Below are positions 7,305-16,551 of a stretch of 64,000 bases of DNA, piece after piece. The first letter of the stretch is position 1. The number at the start of each line of letters is the position of its first letter. The translations under genes and the position numbers were made by a program. The stretch comes from an uncultured bacterium. GTDB taxonomy: Bacteria; Verrucomicrobiota; Verrucomicrobiia; Limisphaerales; J093. Under the pieces are notes generated by a model. The model ran no database searches. It saw only the letters and a list, made by a program, of their open reading frames with translations, and was not told the origin of the DNA. The stretch lies in NCBI GenBank assembly GCA_963735925.1, contig CAVTMT010000009.1, forward strand, positions 283,767 to 347,766. The letters are read 5' to 3'.

Positions 7305-9049
7305 TCGCCGCGCTGGTTTATCTTCAGGTGTGCACGGCGCGAAACCGGTTGCTCGCCCAGTTGGGGCGGCTGCGCAAGCCGCAGTACCTGCTCGGCGCGG
7401 TCATCGGTTTCGCTTACTTGGGATTCTTCTTCCTGCGCCCGTTTGTGTCGGCTTCTCCCGGTGGGGGCCGGCCGGGTGCAATCCCGCCCGAGTGGCAGCC
7501 GGTCGCGGAAATGGCGGTCGCGTTCGCCTTCTTCGTGCTGGTCGCCATCAACTGGCTCCTGCCGTCGAAGCGGGCCACGCTGGATTTCACCGAGGCCGAG
7601 GTCGCGTTTCTGTTTCCGGCGCCGCTGGCACGTCGCACGCTGATCCATTTCCGCCTGCTCAAGACCCAGTTGGCACTGGCGATCAGCGCGTTGATCATGA
7701 CCCTCTTCACCTGGCGGTTCATGTCACCGAGCGGCGCGTGGCGGCTGGCGCTGGGCTGGTGGGTGCTGATGGGGGCGATGGAACTCCACCGGTTGGGCGC
7801 GGGCTTCGTCCGCACGCGCCTGCTGGATCGCGGCCTGGGCAACTGGGTCCGGCGCGTGATTGTGCTCGGGCTGCTGGCACTGCTCGGCTTGACGGCGTGG
7901 CGGCGCGCGGAAGCAGCGTTCGCGGCGCTGCCGGCGGACGCCCTGGCCCGGCCGCAGGCGCTGGCGGAGTTCGCCCAGGCGGCCTTCGGTCAATCGCCGT
8001 TGAGCTGGGTATTGTGGCCACTGCGCTTGCTGGTGAGGCCGATACTTACGCTCGGATTGGCTGACTTCGCGCTGGCGCTCCTGCCCGCCTTGGGCCTGCT
8101 CGCACTGCTGTACTTCTGGGTGGTGCGCACGGCGGTTGCGTTCGAGGAAACGGCGCTCGCACGCGCCGAGCAACGCAGCCGCCTCCTGGCCGCCGCCCGC
8201 TCGGGCAACTGGCACCTGGCCGGCCCGCGCACGCGCGAAGGCCGGGCGCCGTTTCGCCTGACGGCGCAGGGCCCGCGACTGTTGGCGCTGATGTGGAAGA
8301 ACCTCATTTCCGCCCAGTCGATCCTGACTTCGCGGCTGGGAATCCTGCTCCTCGCGATGCTGGTGCCGATGGTGATCGGCGTCGGGATGGCGTCCCCGAA
8401 GGCGGCCGGCTTCAAGGTTCTGGGAGCGATGGCGGTTGGCCTCGCGCCCATGCTCGTCTTCGTGGGGCCGGAGCTGGCGCGGTTCGATTTGCGCCAGGAC
8501 CTGCCGATGGCGGACGTCCTGAAGACCTACCCGCTCCCCGGCTGGCAGCTCGTGCTGGGCGAAATCCTGGCGCCGGTGTTCATCCTCACCCTCGCCCAAT
8601 GCGTGTTGGCTGCGGTGGCGGCGGCGCTGTTTCCCAGCCTGCACCCACCCTCCGGCGCCTATGCGGCCTCCGTGGCACCGCGCGTGGTGGTGGCGCTGAG
8701 CGCGATGATTTTTTCACCGGCCTTGAACTTCACCCTGCTGCTGCTCCACAACACGACTGCCGTGCTGTTTCCGGCCTGGATCCGGCTCGGCCCGCAAGGC
8801 GCACAAGGCTTCGAGGCGATGGGCCAGCGGATGCTGCTCATGGTCGGGCACCTGCTCAGTCTGGCGCTGGCGTTGCTGCCGCCGGCCGGCGTGGGCACGC
8901 TCGTTTTCTTCCTCGCGAAATTCGCGGCGAGCTGGCTGGTGGCGCTGCCGCTCGCGTCCCTCGCTGCGACCCTGGTTTTGGGACTCGAGGCCGGTCTCGG
9001 TTTGAAATGGCTGGGCGACCGGTTCGAGCGGATGGACATCACGGATTGA
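7301..9049 (+). CDS. polytopic membrane protein, putative ABC-exporter permease partner
   Basis: 582 aa with many hydrophobic segments. ATGA overlap with the ATPase gene. Resembles the family annotated as putative ABC exporter. Confidence 0.8.
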   Translation: MIAALVYLQVCTARNRLLAQLGRLRKPQYLLGAVIGFAYLGFFFLRPFVSASPGGGRPGAIPPEWQPVAEMAVAFAFFVLVAINWLLPSKRATLDFTEAEVAFLFPAPLARRTLIHFRLLKTQLALAISALIMTLFTWRFMSPSGAWRLALGWWVLMGAMELHRLGAGFVRTRLLDRGLGNWVRRVIVLGLLALLGLTAWRRAEAAFAALPADALARPQALAEFAQAAFGQSPLSWVLWPLRLLVRPILTLGLADFALALLPALGLLALLYFWVVRTAVAFEETALARAEQRSRLLAAARSGNWHLAGPRTREGRAPFRLTAQGPRLLALMWKNLISAQSILTSRLGILLLAMLVPMVIGVGMASPKAAGFKVLGAMAVGLAPMLVFVGPELARFDLRQDLPMADVLKTYPLPGWQLVLGEILAPVFILTLAQCVLAAVAAALFPSLHPPSGAYAASVAPRVVVALSAMIFSPALNFTLLLLHNTTAVLFPAWIRLGPQGAQGFEAMGQRMLLMVGHLLSLALALLPPAGVGTLVFFLAKFAASWLVALPLASLAATLVLGLEAGLGLKWLGDRFERMDITD

Positions 9050-9309
9050 ATCGAGTCCCGGCCGGCGGGGCCGCTGTCCGGCGCCCGGCCGGACGGTACC
9101 CGGGGAGCGTTGTGGAAAGCGACCGGCACGGCGCTGCCACCCGCTTGGGTTTCCCCGGGGTCCCCGCAGGTCCGTCGGCCCGACGCCGACGGGAAGGCCC
9201 CGGGGGAGTTGCGCTCCGCATCCTGGAGCGGAATCCGGCCCGACGTGGCGCCGGCTGACGGTTATTCGCGGTTCTTGCGCCGCGGTGGGCGGCGCGGATA
9301 ATCGCTCCG

Positions 9310-12300
9310 ATGTCGCGTGCCGAATTCGTCCACCTGCACCTCCACACCGAGTACTCGTTGCTCGATGGGGCGTGCCGTATCGACCGCCTGATGGAGCGGG
9401 CGACCGCGTTGAACTTCGGCGCGCTGGCGATCACCGACCACGGCGTTCTGTACGGCGCGATCGACTTCTACCAGGCCGCGAAGAAGGCCGGCCTCAAGCC
9501 CATCATCGGTTGCGAGGTTTATGTCGCACCGGGCAGCCGGTTCGAGAAGAAGACGCTCAATGGCGGTCGCGACGCCTATCATCACCTGGTCCTGCTCGCG
9601 CAGAACGAGACCGGGTACAAGAACCTGATCCGGCTCGTCACCGCCGCGCATCTCGAGGGCTATTATTACAAGCCGCGGATCGACAAGGAATTGCTCGCCG
9701 CGCATCGCGAGGGGCTGATCGCGTTGTCCGGCTGCCTGGCGAGCGAAATCCCGAGCTTGATCGCGGACGACCAGCCGGAGCTGGCGCGCGACGCCATCGA
9801 CTGGTTCAAGCAGACGTTCGGAGCGGAGAATTTTCTGCTGGAACTTCAGGACCACGGCATCGCCGAACAGGCCAGGGTGAACCGGCAGTTGATTCCGTGG
9901 GCGAAGGAATTCGGGCTGAAGCTCGTCGCGACCAACGACGTGCATTACCTCGAAAGCGGCCATTGGACGGCGCACGACTGCCTGGTGTGCATCGGGCGGC
10001 AGGTGACCCGCGAGGATCCGAAGCCGCGCTATCAGCCGGCGCAGTTCTACCTCCGCTCAGCCGAGGAAATGGCGGCGCTGTTCGCCGAGGTGCCGGAGGC
10101 CGTGCGGAACACCGTCGCGATCGGCGAGCGCTGCCACCTGGACCTCCGGTTCGGCAAGCTCCATTACCCGGTCTTCCAACCGCCGACGGGGCTCACTCGC
10201 GAGACCTGTCTGCGGCAGGCACTCGTGGAAGGCTTGGAGCGCCGCTACACGATTCACGCCCGGTCGGACGGCAACGATTTCGTCGTCGAAGGCATTGACG
10301 ACCCGACGCGGTTGCCGACCTACGTCGAACCGCGCGACGTGGAGCTCGAAGACGGCCGTGAACCCGCGTCCGCGCCGGCCTCATCCGGCAGCCGGCCACC
10401 GGCCGCGGGTGACGTCGGCGCCGCCCTTCAGGTCGTGCTCGACCGGCTCCGGCTCGAGCTGGCGGTGATCGAGAAGACCGGCTTCGTCTCCTACTTCCTC
10501 ATCGTGGGGGATTTCGTCCAGCACGGCCGCGGCAAGGGGATTTCGTGCGTGGCGCGTGGTTCCGCCGCCGGTTCGATCGTGACGTACCTGCTGGAGATTT
10601 CGAACGTCGATCCGATCCGTTACGGCCTGCTGTTCGAGCGCTTCCTGAATCCCGAGCGCGTGAACCCGCCGGACATCGACATCGACTTCGCCGACGACCG
10701 TCGCGCCGAGGTGATCGAGTACGTGCGCGAGAAGTACGGTCGCGATTGCGTGGCGCAGATCATCACATTCGGCACCCTGGGCGCCAAATCCGTCGTGCGC
10801 GACGTGGGACGGGTGATGGGGCTGGGTTACGGCGACTGCGACCGGCTGGCCAAGGCGATTCCCAACGAGCTGAAGATGACGCTGGAGCTGGCGCTCGAGA
10901 AGTCGCCGGACTTCAAGCAGGCCTACGAGTCCAACGAGCAGACGCGCGAGTTGATCGACATGGCGATGGTGCTCGAAGACATCTGCCGCAACGCCTCCGT
11001 GCACGCCGCCGGCGTGGTCATCGGCCCGGAGCCGCTGGTGAATCTGCTGCCGCTGAAGGTGGATGAAGACGGCGGCATCGTCACCCAGTACGCGATGGGG
11101 CCGGTGGGCGACCTGGGCCTGTTGAAGATGGATTTCCTTGGCCTGAAAACGCTGACCGTTTTGCGGAACACCTGCGAAATGGTGAAGCGCACGCAGGGCG
11201 TGGATATTCCGATCGACCACCTGCCGCTCGACGACGCCAGGACCTACGAGTTGCTCAACAACGCACGCACGCTCGGGGTGTTCCAACTGGAATCCAGCGG
11301 CATGCGCGACCTGTGCCGGAAATTCCAGATCGGCTCGGTCGAACACATCACGGCCCTCATCGCGTTGTACCGGCCGGGGCCGATGGACCTCATCCCGGAA
11401 TTCCTGCGGCGGCGACACGGCGAGATGCGCATCGATTACCCGCACGATCTGCTGGAGCCGATCTGCCGCGAGACTTACGGCATCATGGTGTACCAGGAGC
11501 AGGTCATGCAGGCCGCGCAAGTCCTGGCCGGCTACACGCTCGGCGGCGCCGACCTCCTCCGCCGCGCGATGGGCAAGAAGAAGCAGGAGGAGATGGAGGA
11601 GCAGCGCGCGATCTTCGTGCGCGGCTGTGCCGAGGTGAACGGCATTCCCGAGCACCGGGCGAATGCCATCTTCGACCTGCTCGAGAAGTTCGCCGGGTAC
11701 GGCTTCAACAAGTCGCACGCCGCCGCCTACGCCATCGTCGCTTACCAGACCGCGTATCTGAAGGCGAACTACCCGGTCGAGTTCCTTTGCGCCATGCTCA
11801 CCAACGACCTGGCGGACACGGACAAACTCGGCGAGTACATCGCCGAGGCGCGCGACCTCGGCATTGAAGTGCGCGGCCCGGACGTGAACGAGAGCGACGT
11901 CTTCTTCGCGCCCGCGCCGGCGCCCCCCGGAGCGGAGGCGGCAAGGCGCGGGGGCGGGGCCATCCGCTTCGGCCTGGCCGCGATCAAGGGCGTCGGCGAA
12001 GGCGCGGTCGAGTCGGTGCTCGAGGCCCGGCGGATCGGCGGCCGTTTCGCCTCGCTGGCCGATTTGTGCGAGCGGGTCGATACGCGCGCCGTCAACCGCC
12101 GCGTGTTGGAGGCGTTCATCAAATCCGGCGCGTGCGACAGCTTTGGCGAGACCCGCGCCACGCTCTGGAATTCGATCGACCGCGTGCTCTCCCGCGCCGC
12201 GAGCAATGCCCAGGACCGCGCGCGCGGCCAGACCTCGCTCTTCGGCATGTTGGAGGAAGGCGCCGAGGCGAAGGTCGAGGCGCTCACACGGCACGAGGAA

Positions 12301-13014
12301 TGGCCCGCCGCCCAACGCCTTGCCGCCGAGAAGGAGCTGCTCGGCTTCTATGTGACCGGGCACCCGCTGACGCCGTATCTGCCGGTGCTGACCCGTTACA
12401 CGCTCGCCACCACCGGCAGGCTCGCGTCGCTGCCGAATCGCACCCTGACGCGCCTCGGCGGCCTGGTGGCGGCCGTGCAGAACGGCATTTCCAAGAAGAC
12501 GAACAAACCGTATTCGCTGGCGACGATCGAAGACATGGAAGGCACCGTGCAGGTGCTCTGCCTGAACGAAAACTACGAGAAGTTCCGCGAACTCCTCACG
12601 CCGGGCGCGGCGCTGCTCCTGGTCGCCGAAGTCAACCTCGGCGACGACAAACCGAAGCTTTTCCCGGTCGAGATCCTGCCCTTGGAGGACGCACCCCGGA
12701 AGTACACCACGCAGGTGCATCTCCGCCTCCGGGCGGCCGACCTGTCGGGCGAAAAGCTGCGGGCCGCGCGCGACTTGGTGGCGGCGCACCGGGGGAAGTG
12801 CCCGCTCTTTCTTTGCGTGAAACAGGCGGGGGGCGAGGTGGTGGTGGTGGAGACGCACAGCGACTTCGCCGTGCTGCCTTCTCTCGCGCTGGAACGCGCG
12901 GTCGAGGAACTGCTCGGGCCGGAAACCTACTTCGCGAAGGTCGATCTCTCCCTGCCACCGAAGCCGCAGCGGCGCTGGGAGAAACGCGAGCCCAATGGCA
13001 ACGGCGGAGATTGA
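9310..13014 (+). CDS. dnaE: DNA polymerase III subunit alpha
   Basis: 1234 aa. PHP domain start FVHLHLHTEYSLLDG, polymerase core blocks (LGLLKMDFLGLKTL, FNKSHAAAYA) and an OB-fold C-terminus. Confidence 0.97.
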   Translation: MSRAEFVHLHLHTEYSLLDGACRIDRLMERATALNFGALAITDHGVLYGAIDFYQAAKKAGLKPIIGCEVYVAPGSRFEKKTLNGGRDAYHHLVLLAQNETGYKNLIRLVTAAHLEGYYYKPRIDKELLAAHREGLIALSGCLASEIPSLIADDQPELARDAIDWFKQTFGAENFLLELQDHGIAEQARVNRQLIPWAKEFGLKLVATNDVHYLESGHWTAHDCLVCIGRQVTREDPKPRYQPAQFYLRSAEEMAALFAEVPEAVRNTVAIGERCHLDLRFGKLHYPVFQPPTGLTRETCLRQALVEGLERRYTIHARSDGNDFVVEGIDDPTRLPTYVEPRDVELEDGREPASAPASSGSRPPAAGDVGAALQVVLDRLRLELAVIEKTGFVSYFLIVGDFVQHGRGKGISCVARGSAAGSIVTYLLEISNVDPIRYGLLFERFLNPERVNPPDIDIDFADDRRAEVIEYVREKYGRDCVAQIITFGTLGAKSVVRDVGRVMGLGYGDCDRLAKAIPNELKMTLELALEKSPDFKQAYESNEQTRELIDMAMVLEDICRNASVHAAGVVIGPEPLVNLLPLKVDEDGGIVTQYAMGPVGDLGLLKMDFLGLKTLTVLRNTCEMVKRTQGVDIPIDHLPLDDARTYELLNNARTLGVFQLESSGMRDLCRKFQIGSVEHITALIALYRPGPMDLIPEFLRRRHGEMRIDYPHDLLEPICRETYGIMVYQEQVMQAAQVLAGYTLGGADLLRRAMGKKKQEEMEEQRAIFVRGCAEVNGIPEHRANAIFDLLEKFAGYGFNKSHAAAYAIVAYQTAYLKANYPVEFLCAMLTNDLADTDKLGEYIAEARDLGIEVRGPDVNESDVFFAPAPAPPGAEAARRGGGAIRFGLAAIKGVGEGAVESVLEARRIGGRFASLADLCERVDTRAVNRRVLEAFIKSGACDSFGETRATLWNSIDRVLSRAASNAQDRARGQTSLFGMLEEGAEAKVEALTRHEEWPAAQRLAAEKELLGFYVTGHPLTPYLPVLTRYTLATTGRLASLPNRTLTRLGGLVAAVQNGISKKTNKPYSLATIEDMEGTVQVLCLNENYEKFRELLTPGAALLLVAEVNLGDDKPKLFPVEILPLEDAPRKYTTQVHLRLRAADLSGEKLRAARDLVAAHRGKCPLFLCVKQAGGEVVVVETHSDFAVLPSLALERAVEELLGPETYFAKVDLSLPPKPQRRWEKREPNGNGGD

Positions 13015-13061
13015 ACCACGCTTGCGTTCGCGCCTGCGCCGGCACAACTTGCCCCCAACAT

Positions 13062-13955
13062 ATGATGACCAACCGCCGCCGTTTCCTGAGCCGCACCGCC
13101 GCCTTGGGCGCCTTTTCGTTGCTGCCCGCCTCGCTGCTGGCTGCCAGTCCGAAACGCGACCTCAAGAAGGCGATGATGTACGGCACGATCGGCTTCCCCG
13201 GCTCGGTGCTCGACAAGTTCAAGGCACTCAAAGCCGCCGGCTTCGACGGCGTCGAGGCCGAGAGCCACATGCCCGTGGCCGAAGTCCTCCAGGCGCGCGA
13301 CGCAGTCGGATTGCCGATTTGCAGCGTGTGTTGCTCCACGCATTGGGCCAAGCCGCTGTCCTCGCCGAAACCCGAGGTGCGCGAAGCAGGGGCGAAAGGC
13401 ATCGCCCAGACGATCCGCGAGGCGCACGGCTACGGCGCGACCTCCGTGCTGGTCGTGCCCGGCGTCGCCCGGGACGGGGCCGACTACCAGGAATGCTGGG
13501 ACCGCTCGACCGCCGAATTGCGCAAGCTCCTGCCGCTGGCGGCCGAGCTCCAGGTGCGCATCGCGATCGAGAACGTCTGGAACGATTTCATCACCGACCC
13601 CAAGGAGGCCGTGCGCTACGTGGACCAGTTCGACAGCCCGTGGCTGGGCTGGCATTTCGACACCGGCAACATCCTCTACTACGGCGACCCGGCCACCTGG
13701 ATCCGCACGCTGGGCAAGCGCATTTCACGGGTGCACATCAAGGAGTACAGCCTCGAACTGGCCAAGCAGGACAAGTGGAAGGGCTTCGACGTGAAATTGC
13801 TCGAAGGCTCGAACCGGTGGCCGGAAATCCTCCGCGCCTTCGACGACATCGGCTACCGCGGCTGGTTCATCTCCGAAATGCCCGGCGACCAGACCAAAGA
13901 CCTGGCGTCACTGAAGGATTTCGCCGCGCGGATGGACAAGATCATCGCAAGCTGA
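13062..13955 (+). CDS. sugar phosphate isomerase/epimerase (xylose-isomerase-like TIM barrel) with Tat-type signal
   Basis: MMTNRRRFLSRTAALGAF twin-arginine signal, then a TIM-barrel pattern (GFDGVE, IAIENVWN, GWHFDTGN, HIKE). The upstream part of the 629-aa track ORF is read-through overlapping dnaE. Confidence 0.85.
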   Translation: MMTNRRRFLSRTAALGAFSLLPASLLAASPKRDLKKAMMYGTIGFPGSVLDKFKALKAAGFDGVEAESHMPVAEVLQARDAVGLPICSVCCSTHWAKPLSSPKPEVREAGAKGIAQTIREAHGYGATSVLVVPGVARDGADYQECWDRSTAELRKLLPLAAELQVRIAIENVWNDFITDPKEAVRYVDQFDSPWLGWHFDTGNILYYGDPATWIRTLGKRISRVHIKEYSLELAKQDKWKGFDVKLLEGSNRWPEILRAFDDIGYRGWFISEMPGDQTKDLASLKDFAARMDKIIAS

Positions 13956-13971
13956 GCGCCCGCTTCCGGGC

Positions 13972-14337
13972 TCACTGGCCCCGCACAATCTTCTCGGCGC
14001 GCCCGTAGGAACCGAGGTTGAAGACCCGGGTGTAGCCGAGGCCTTTCAACGTGCGTTTCCCCATCGCACTCCGGCCCCCGCTCAGACAATGCAACAGCAG
14101 CACGGTGTCCTTGTCGGGCACCTTGACGGCGATGCGATCCGCCAGTTCGCCCAGCGGGATGTTGATCGCGCCGGGAACGTGCCGCGAGCCGAACTCCTGG
14201 GGACTGCGCACGTCGATGACCTTCGCGCCTTGTTTCAGGTGCTCGCGCGCGGCTGCGGCGCCCACCAAACCCAGTTGCTTCAAGCCAAGGAAAGCGGCAA
14301 TTCCGCCGCCGCCGATCAACACGGTGACCCAATCCAT
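13972..14337 (-). CDS. rhodanese-like domain protein with N-terminal membrane anchor
   Basis: 121 aa from MDWVTVLIGGGGIAAFL. Rhodanese core VIDVRSPQEFGSRHVPGAINIP and active-site loop HCLSGGRS. This is the C-terminal part of a 730-aa antisense track ORF. Confidence 0.85.
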   Translation of the reverse strand: MDWVTVLIGGGGIAAFLGLKQLGLVGAAAAREHLKQGAKVIDVRSPQEFGSRHVPGAINIPLGELADRIAVKVPDKDTVLLLHCLSGGRSAMGKRTLKGLGYTRVFNLGSYGRAEKIVRGQ

Positions 14338-14577
14338 GCGCGGCACCCTGCAACACCAGCGAGCGAGCGGCAAGCGCAACCGCGGCCAGAGGGAGAGGCC
14401 GGGCGCACCACCAGGCCGGCGATCCGACTTAAGGCTTTCCCGGTGTTCCACAAATTCATAAACATCCTCCGCGCGTTCCATGGCACCCACGGCGATGCAG
14501 CCACCATCTCTTAGAGCCGGCCGTAGCCCAACCGTTCGGCGCCCGTCGCGGTCCCGGGCCAGCCGCGGCTCCTTTCG

Positions 14578-16092
14578 ATGAAGCCCGCGGTCCACATCAC
14601 ACTCCTCCCGCTCGGTCGCACTCTGGAGGCGATTTCCGGCACGGCGCTCTCCGACCTGCTGTTTGCCCAAGGCGTCGAGTTCCCGTGCGGCGGGCGCGGT
14701 CGGTGCAAGGGCTGCCGGGTCCGCGTGCTCCGCGGTGAACTGCCGGTCACGCCGGAAGACGAGCGGTTGCTCTCGCCGGCCGAACGCGCCGCCGGTTGGC
14801 GGTTGGCCTGCCGCGCCTGCGCGACCGTCGATCTCACGCTCGAACTCGCGCAGTGGGAGGCCGCGATTCTCAGTGACGACACCCGCGTCGAGCTTGTGCC
14901 GCGTGACGGCCTCGGCGTGGCCGTGGATCTCGGCACCACCACCCTGGTGGCGCAGTTGCTCGATCTCCGCAGCGGCAACGTCCTCGCCGTCCGGACGGCC
15001 TTGAACGCGCAGGCCCAACAGGGCGCGGACATCATGAGCCGCATCGAGTTCGCGCTGACCGGCGACGGCCAGGCGCGGCTGCAAGGCTTGATCCGCGACC
15101 AGATCGGTTCGCTCCTCGGCGAACTGCTGACCTCCGCGCCTGCAGGCCAGTCGTTGCAGGACGTGGTCGTGGTCGGCAACACGGCGATGCACCACCTGTT
15201 CTGCGGCGTGCCGGTGGCGCCGCTGGCCCACCACCCGTTCGAGCCCAACGATGACGGCTTGAAGGTCTTCAGCGCGGCCGAGCTCGGCTGGACGGCCGCG
15301 GGTGCGGCGCGGGTCCAGTTTCTGCCCTGCCTCGGTGGCTTCGTGGGCAGCGACATCCTGGCCGGCATCCTCGCCACCGGCATGCATGAGCGCGCGCAAC
15401 CGACCGTGCTGGTGGACCTCGGCACAAACGGCGAAATCGTGGTCGGCAACCGCGATCGCCTGCTCTGCGCCTCGACCGCGGCCGGCCCGGCCTTCGAAGG
15501 TGCGCGCATCTCGATGGGCATGCGGGCGGCGACCGGCGCCATCAGCGCCGTGACGGTGCGCGAAGGTCGGTTTGTCTGCCAGGTGCTGGGTGGCGGCGAA
15601 CCGCGCGGCGTTTGCGGCAGCGGTCTGGTGGATGCTGTGGCGTGCGGTCTCGATTGGGAATGGATCCAGGCTTCGGGCCGCCTCGCGGATGGCGCGGCGT
15701 TGCCGCTCCTCGGCCCGGTGCAGCTCAGCCAGTGGGACATCCGCGAACTGCAACTGGCCAAAGGCGCGATTGCCGCCGGCATCCGGCTGCTGCTCGAGGG
15801 CTGGGGGGTCCGGCCCGCGGAACTGGCACGCGTGTACCTGGCGGGCGCGTTCGGCAATTACATCAGCCGCGCGAGCGCCCGGCGGATCGGGCTGATCGAC
15901 TTCCCGGTCGAACAGGTCGAACCGGCGGGCAACACCGCTTTGCGTGGGGCGAAACGGGCGCTGTTCGGCCTGCCGGAACAGGACGCCGGATTCGCCGAAC
16001 TGCGTCGCCGCACCGAGCACCTCCCGCTCAAGGACGACCCGCAGTTTCAGGAAGTGTACGTGGACGAGATGAGCTTTCCGGCGGGTGCGTAA
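14578..16092 (+). CDS. 2Fe-2S ferredoxin domain + ASKHA ATPase (DUF4445, RACo-like corrinoid-activation family)
   Basis: N-terminal CGGRGRCKGCRV..LAC cysteine pattern, then the ASKHA phosphate-1 motif GVAVDLGTTTLVAQL and VLVDLGTNGEIV. Confidence 0.85.
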   Translation: MKPAVHITLLPLGRTLEAISGTALSDLLFAQGVEFPCGGRGRCKGCRVRVLRGELPVTPEDERLLSPAERAAGWRLACRACATVDLTLELAQWEAAILSDDTRVELVPRDGLGVAVDLGTTTLVAQLLDLRSGNVLAVRTALNAQAQQGADIMSRIEFALTGDGQARLQGLIRDQIGSLLGELLTSAPAGQSLQDVVVVGNTAMHHLFCGVPVAPLAHHPFEPNDDGLKVFSAAELGWTAAGAARVQFLPCLGGFVGSDILAGILATGMHERAQPTVLVDLGTNGEIVVGNRDRLLCASTAAGPAFEGARISMGMRAATGAISAVTVREGRFVCQVLGGGEPRGVCGSGLVDAVACGLDWEWIQASGRLADGAALPLLGPVQLSQWDIRELQLAKGAIAAGIRLLLEGWGVRPAELARVYLAGAFGNYISRASARRIGLIDFPVEQVEPAGNTALRGAKRALFGLPEQDAGFAELRRRTEHLPLKDDPQFQEVYVDEMSFPAGA

Positions 16093-16147
16093 GGCGCCCT
16101 GGCTTGGGGATTCCAGGACGGGTGTCCCGGGCCGTGGCCTTTGAGAT

Positions 16148-16378
16148 TCACCGCTGAAAGCCACCGGCAGACCAGTTGTCGCAATCGAGACAGGTTTTGT
16201 GGCACGTCATCTTGGGTACGGCCGCCGGATCGTAGAGGTGGATCGTAAAGGTTGACGGCTCAATCCTCGGGACCATCCTTGCTCGAAGCCGCGGGCCCTG
16301 GCTGAAATGGATTCGGCAATCCGCCTCGCGTGGTCGGTCCGAAGGGCGCCGGCAAACAGAGCACCAGTCGTCGCGCAT
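16148..16378 (-). CDS. possible small zinc-ribbon protein (two CxxC pairs)
   Basis: 76 aa from MRDDWCSVCRRP to CHKTCLDCDNW. Third-position GC is moderately high. The longer track ORF overlaps the tRNA-Leu gene and is unlikely. Confidence 0.25.
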   Translation of the reverse strand: MRDDWCSVCRRPSDRPREADCRIHFSQGPRLRARMVPRIEPSTFTIHLYDPAAVPKMTCHKTCLDCDNWSAGGFQR

Positions 16379-16404
16379 TCCGTGCCTCCGCCGATGGAGC
16401 AGTC

Positions 16405-16492
16405 GCCGGTGTGGTGAAATGGCAGACACAAGGGACTTAAAATCCCTTGGCCAGTAATGGCCGTGTGGGTTCAAGTCCCACCACCGGCACCA
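16405..16492 (+). tRNA. tRNA-Leu (anticodon UAA)
   Basis: Full cloverleaf. Acceptor GCCGGTG/CACCGGC, anticodon arm AGGGA-CTTAAAA-TCCCT, long variable arm GGCC-AGTAAT-GGCC, T arm GTGGG-TTCAAGT-CCCAC, encoded CCA. Confidence 0.95.
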
Positions 16493-16551
16493 ACAACTTC
16501 AGGAAACGGCGGGGCGGGGTTTGACGAGCCGTGGGTCGCCGGTCTTCCGGC

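Noticed and set aside
10381-13047. An 888-aa ORF antisense to dnaE. Similar very long antisense or out-of-frame ORFs occur at 13972-16164, 1791-2996, 26553-28325, 39057-40781, 40658-42211, 49657-52629, 49781-52549 and 60307-61764.
   Set aside because: All are Arg/Pro/Ala/Gly-rich and low-complexity. They overlap genes with strong motif support on the other strand or frame, and they are the expected by-product of stop-codon scarcity in GC-rich DNA.
12066-13955. Track ORFs with long N-terminal extensions taken at face value: 12066-13955 (629 aa), 22746-24449 (567 aa), 62386-63699 (437 aa), 6306-7304 (332 aa) and 35954-36802 (282 aa).
   Set aside because: In each case only the C-terminal part has protein-like composition and motifs. 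The extension overlaps a well-supported neighbouring gene or relic. Internal starts with signal peptides or canonical N-termini were chosen instead.
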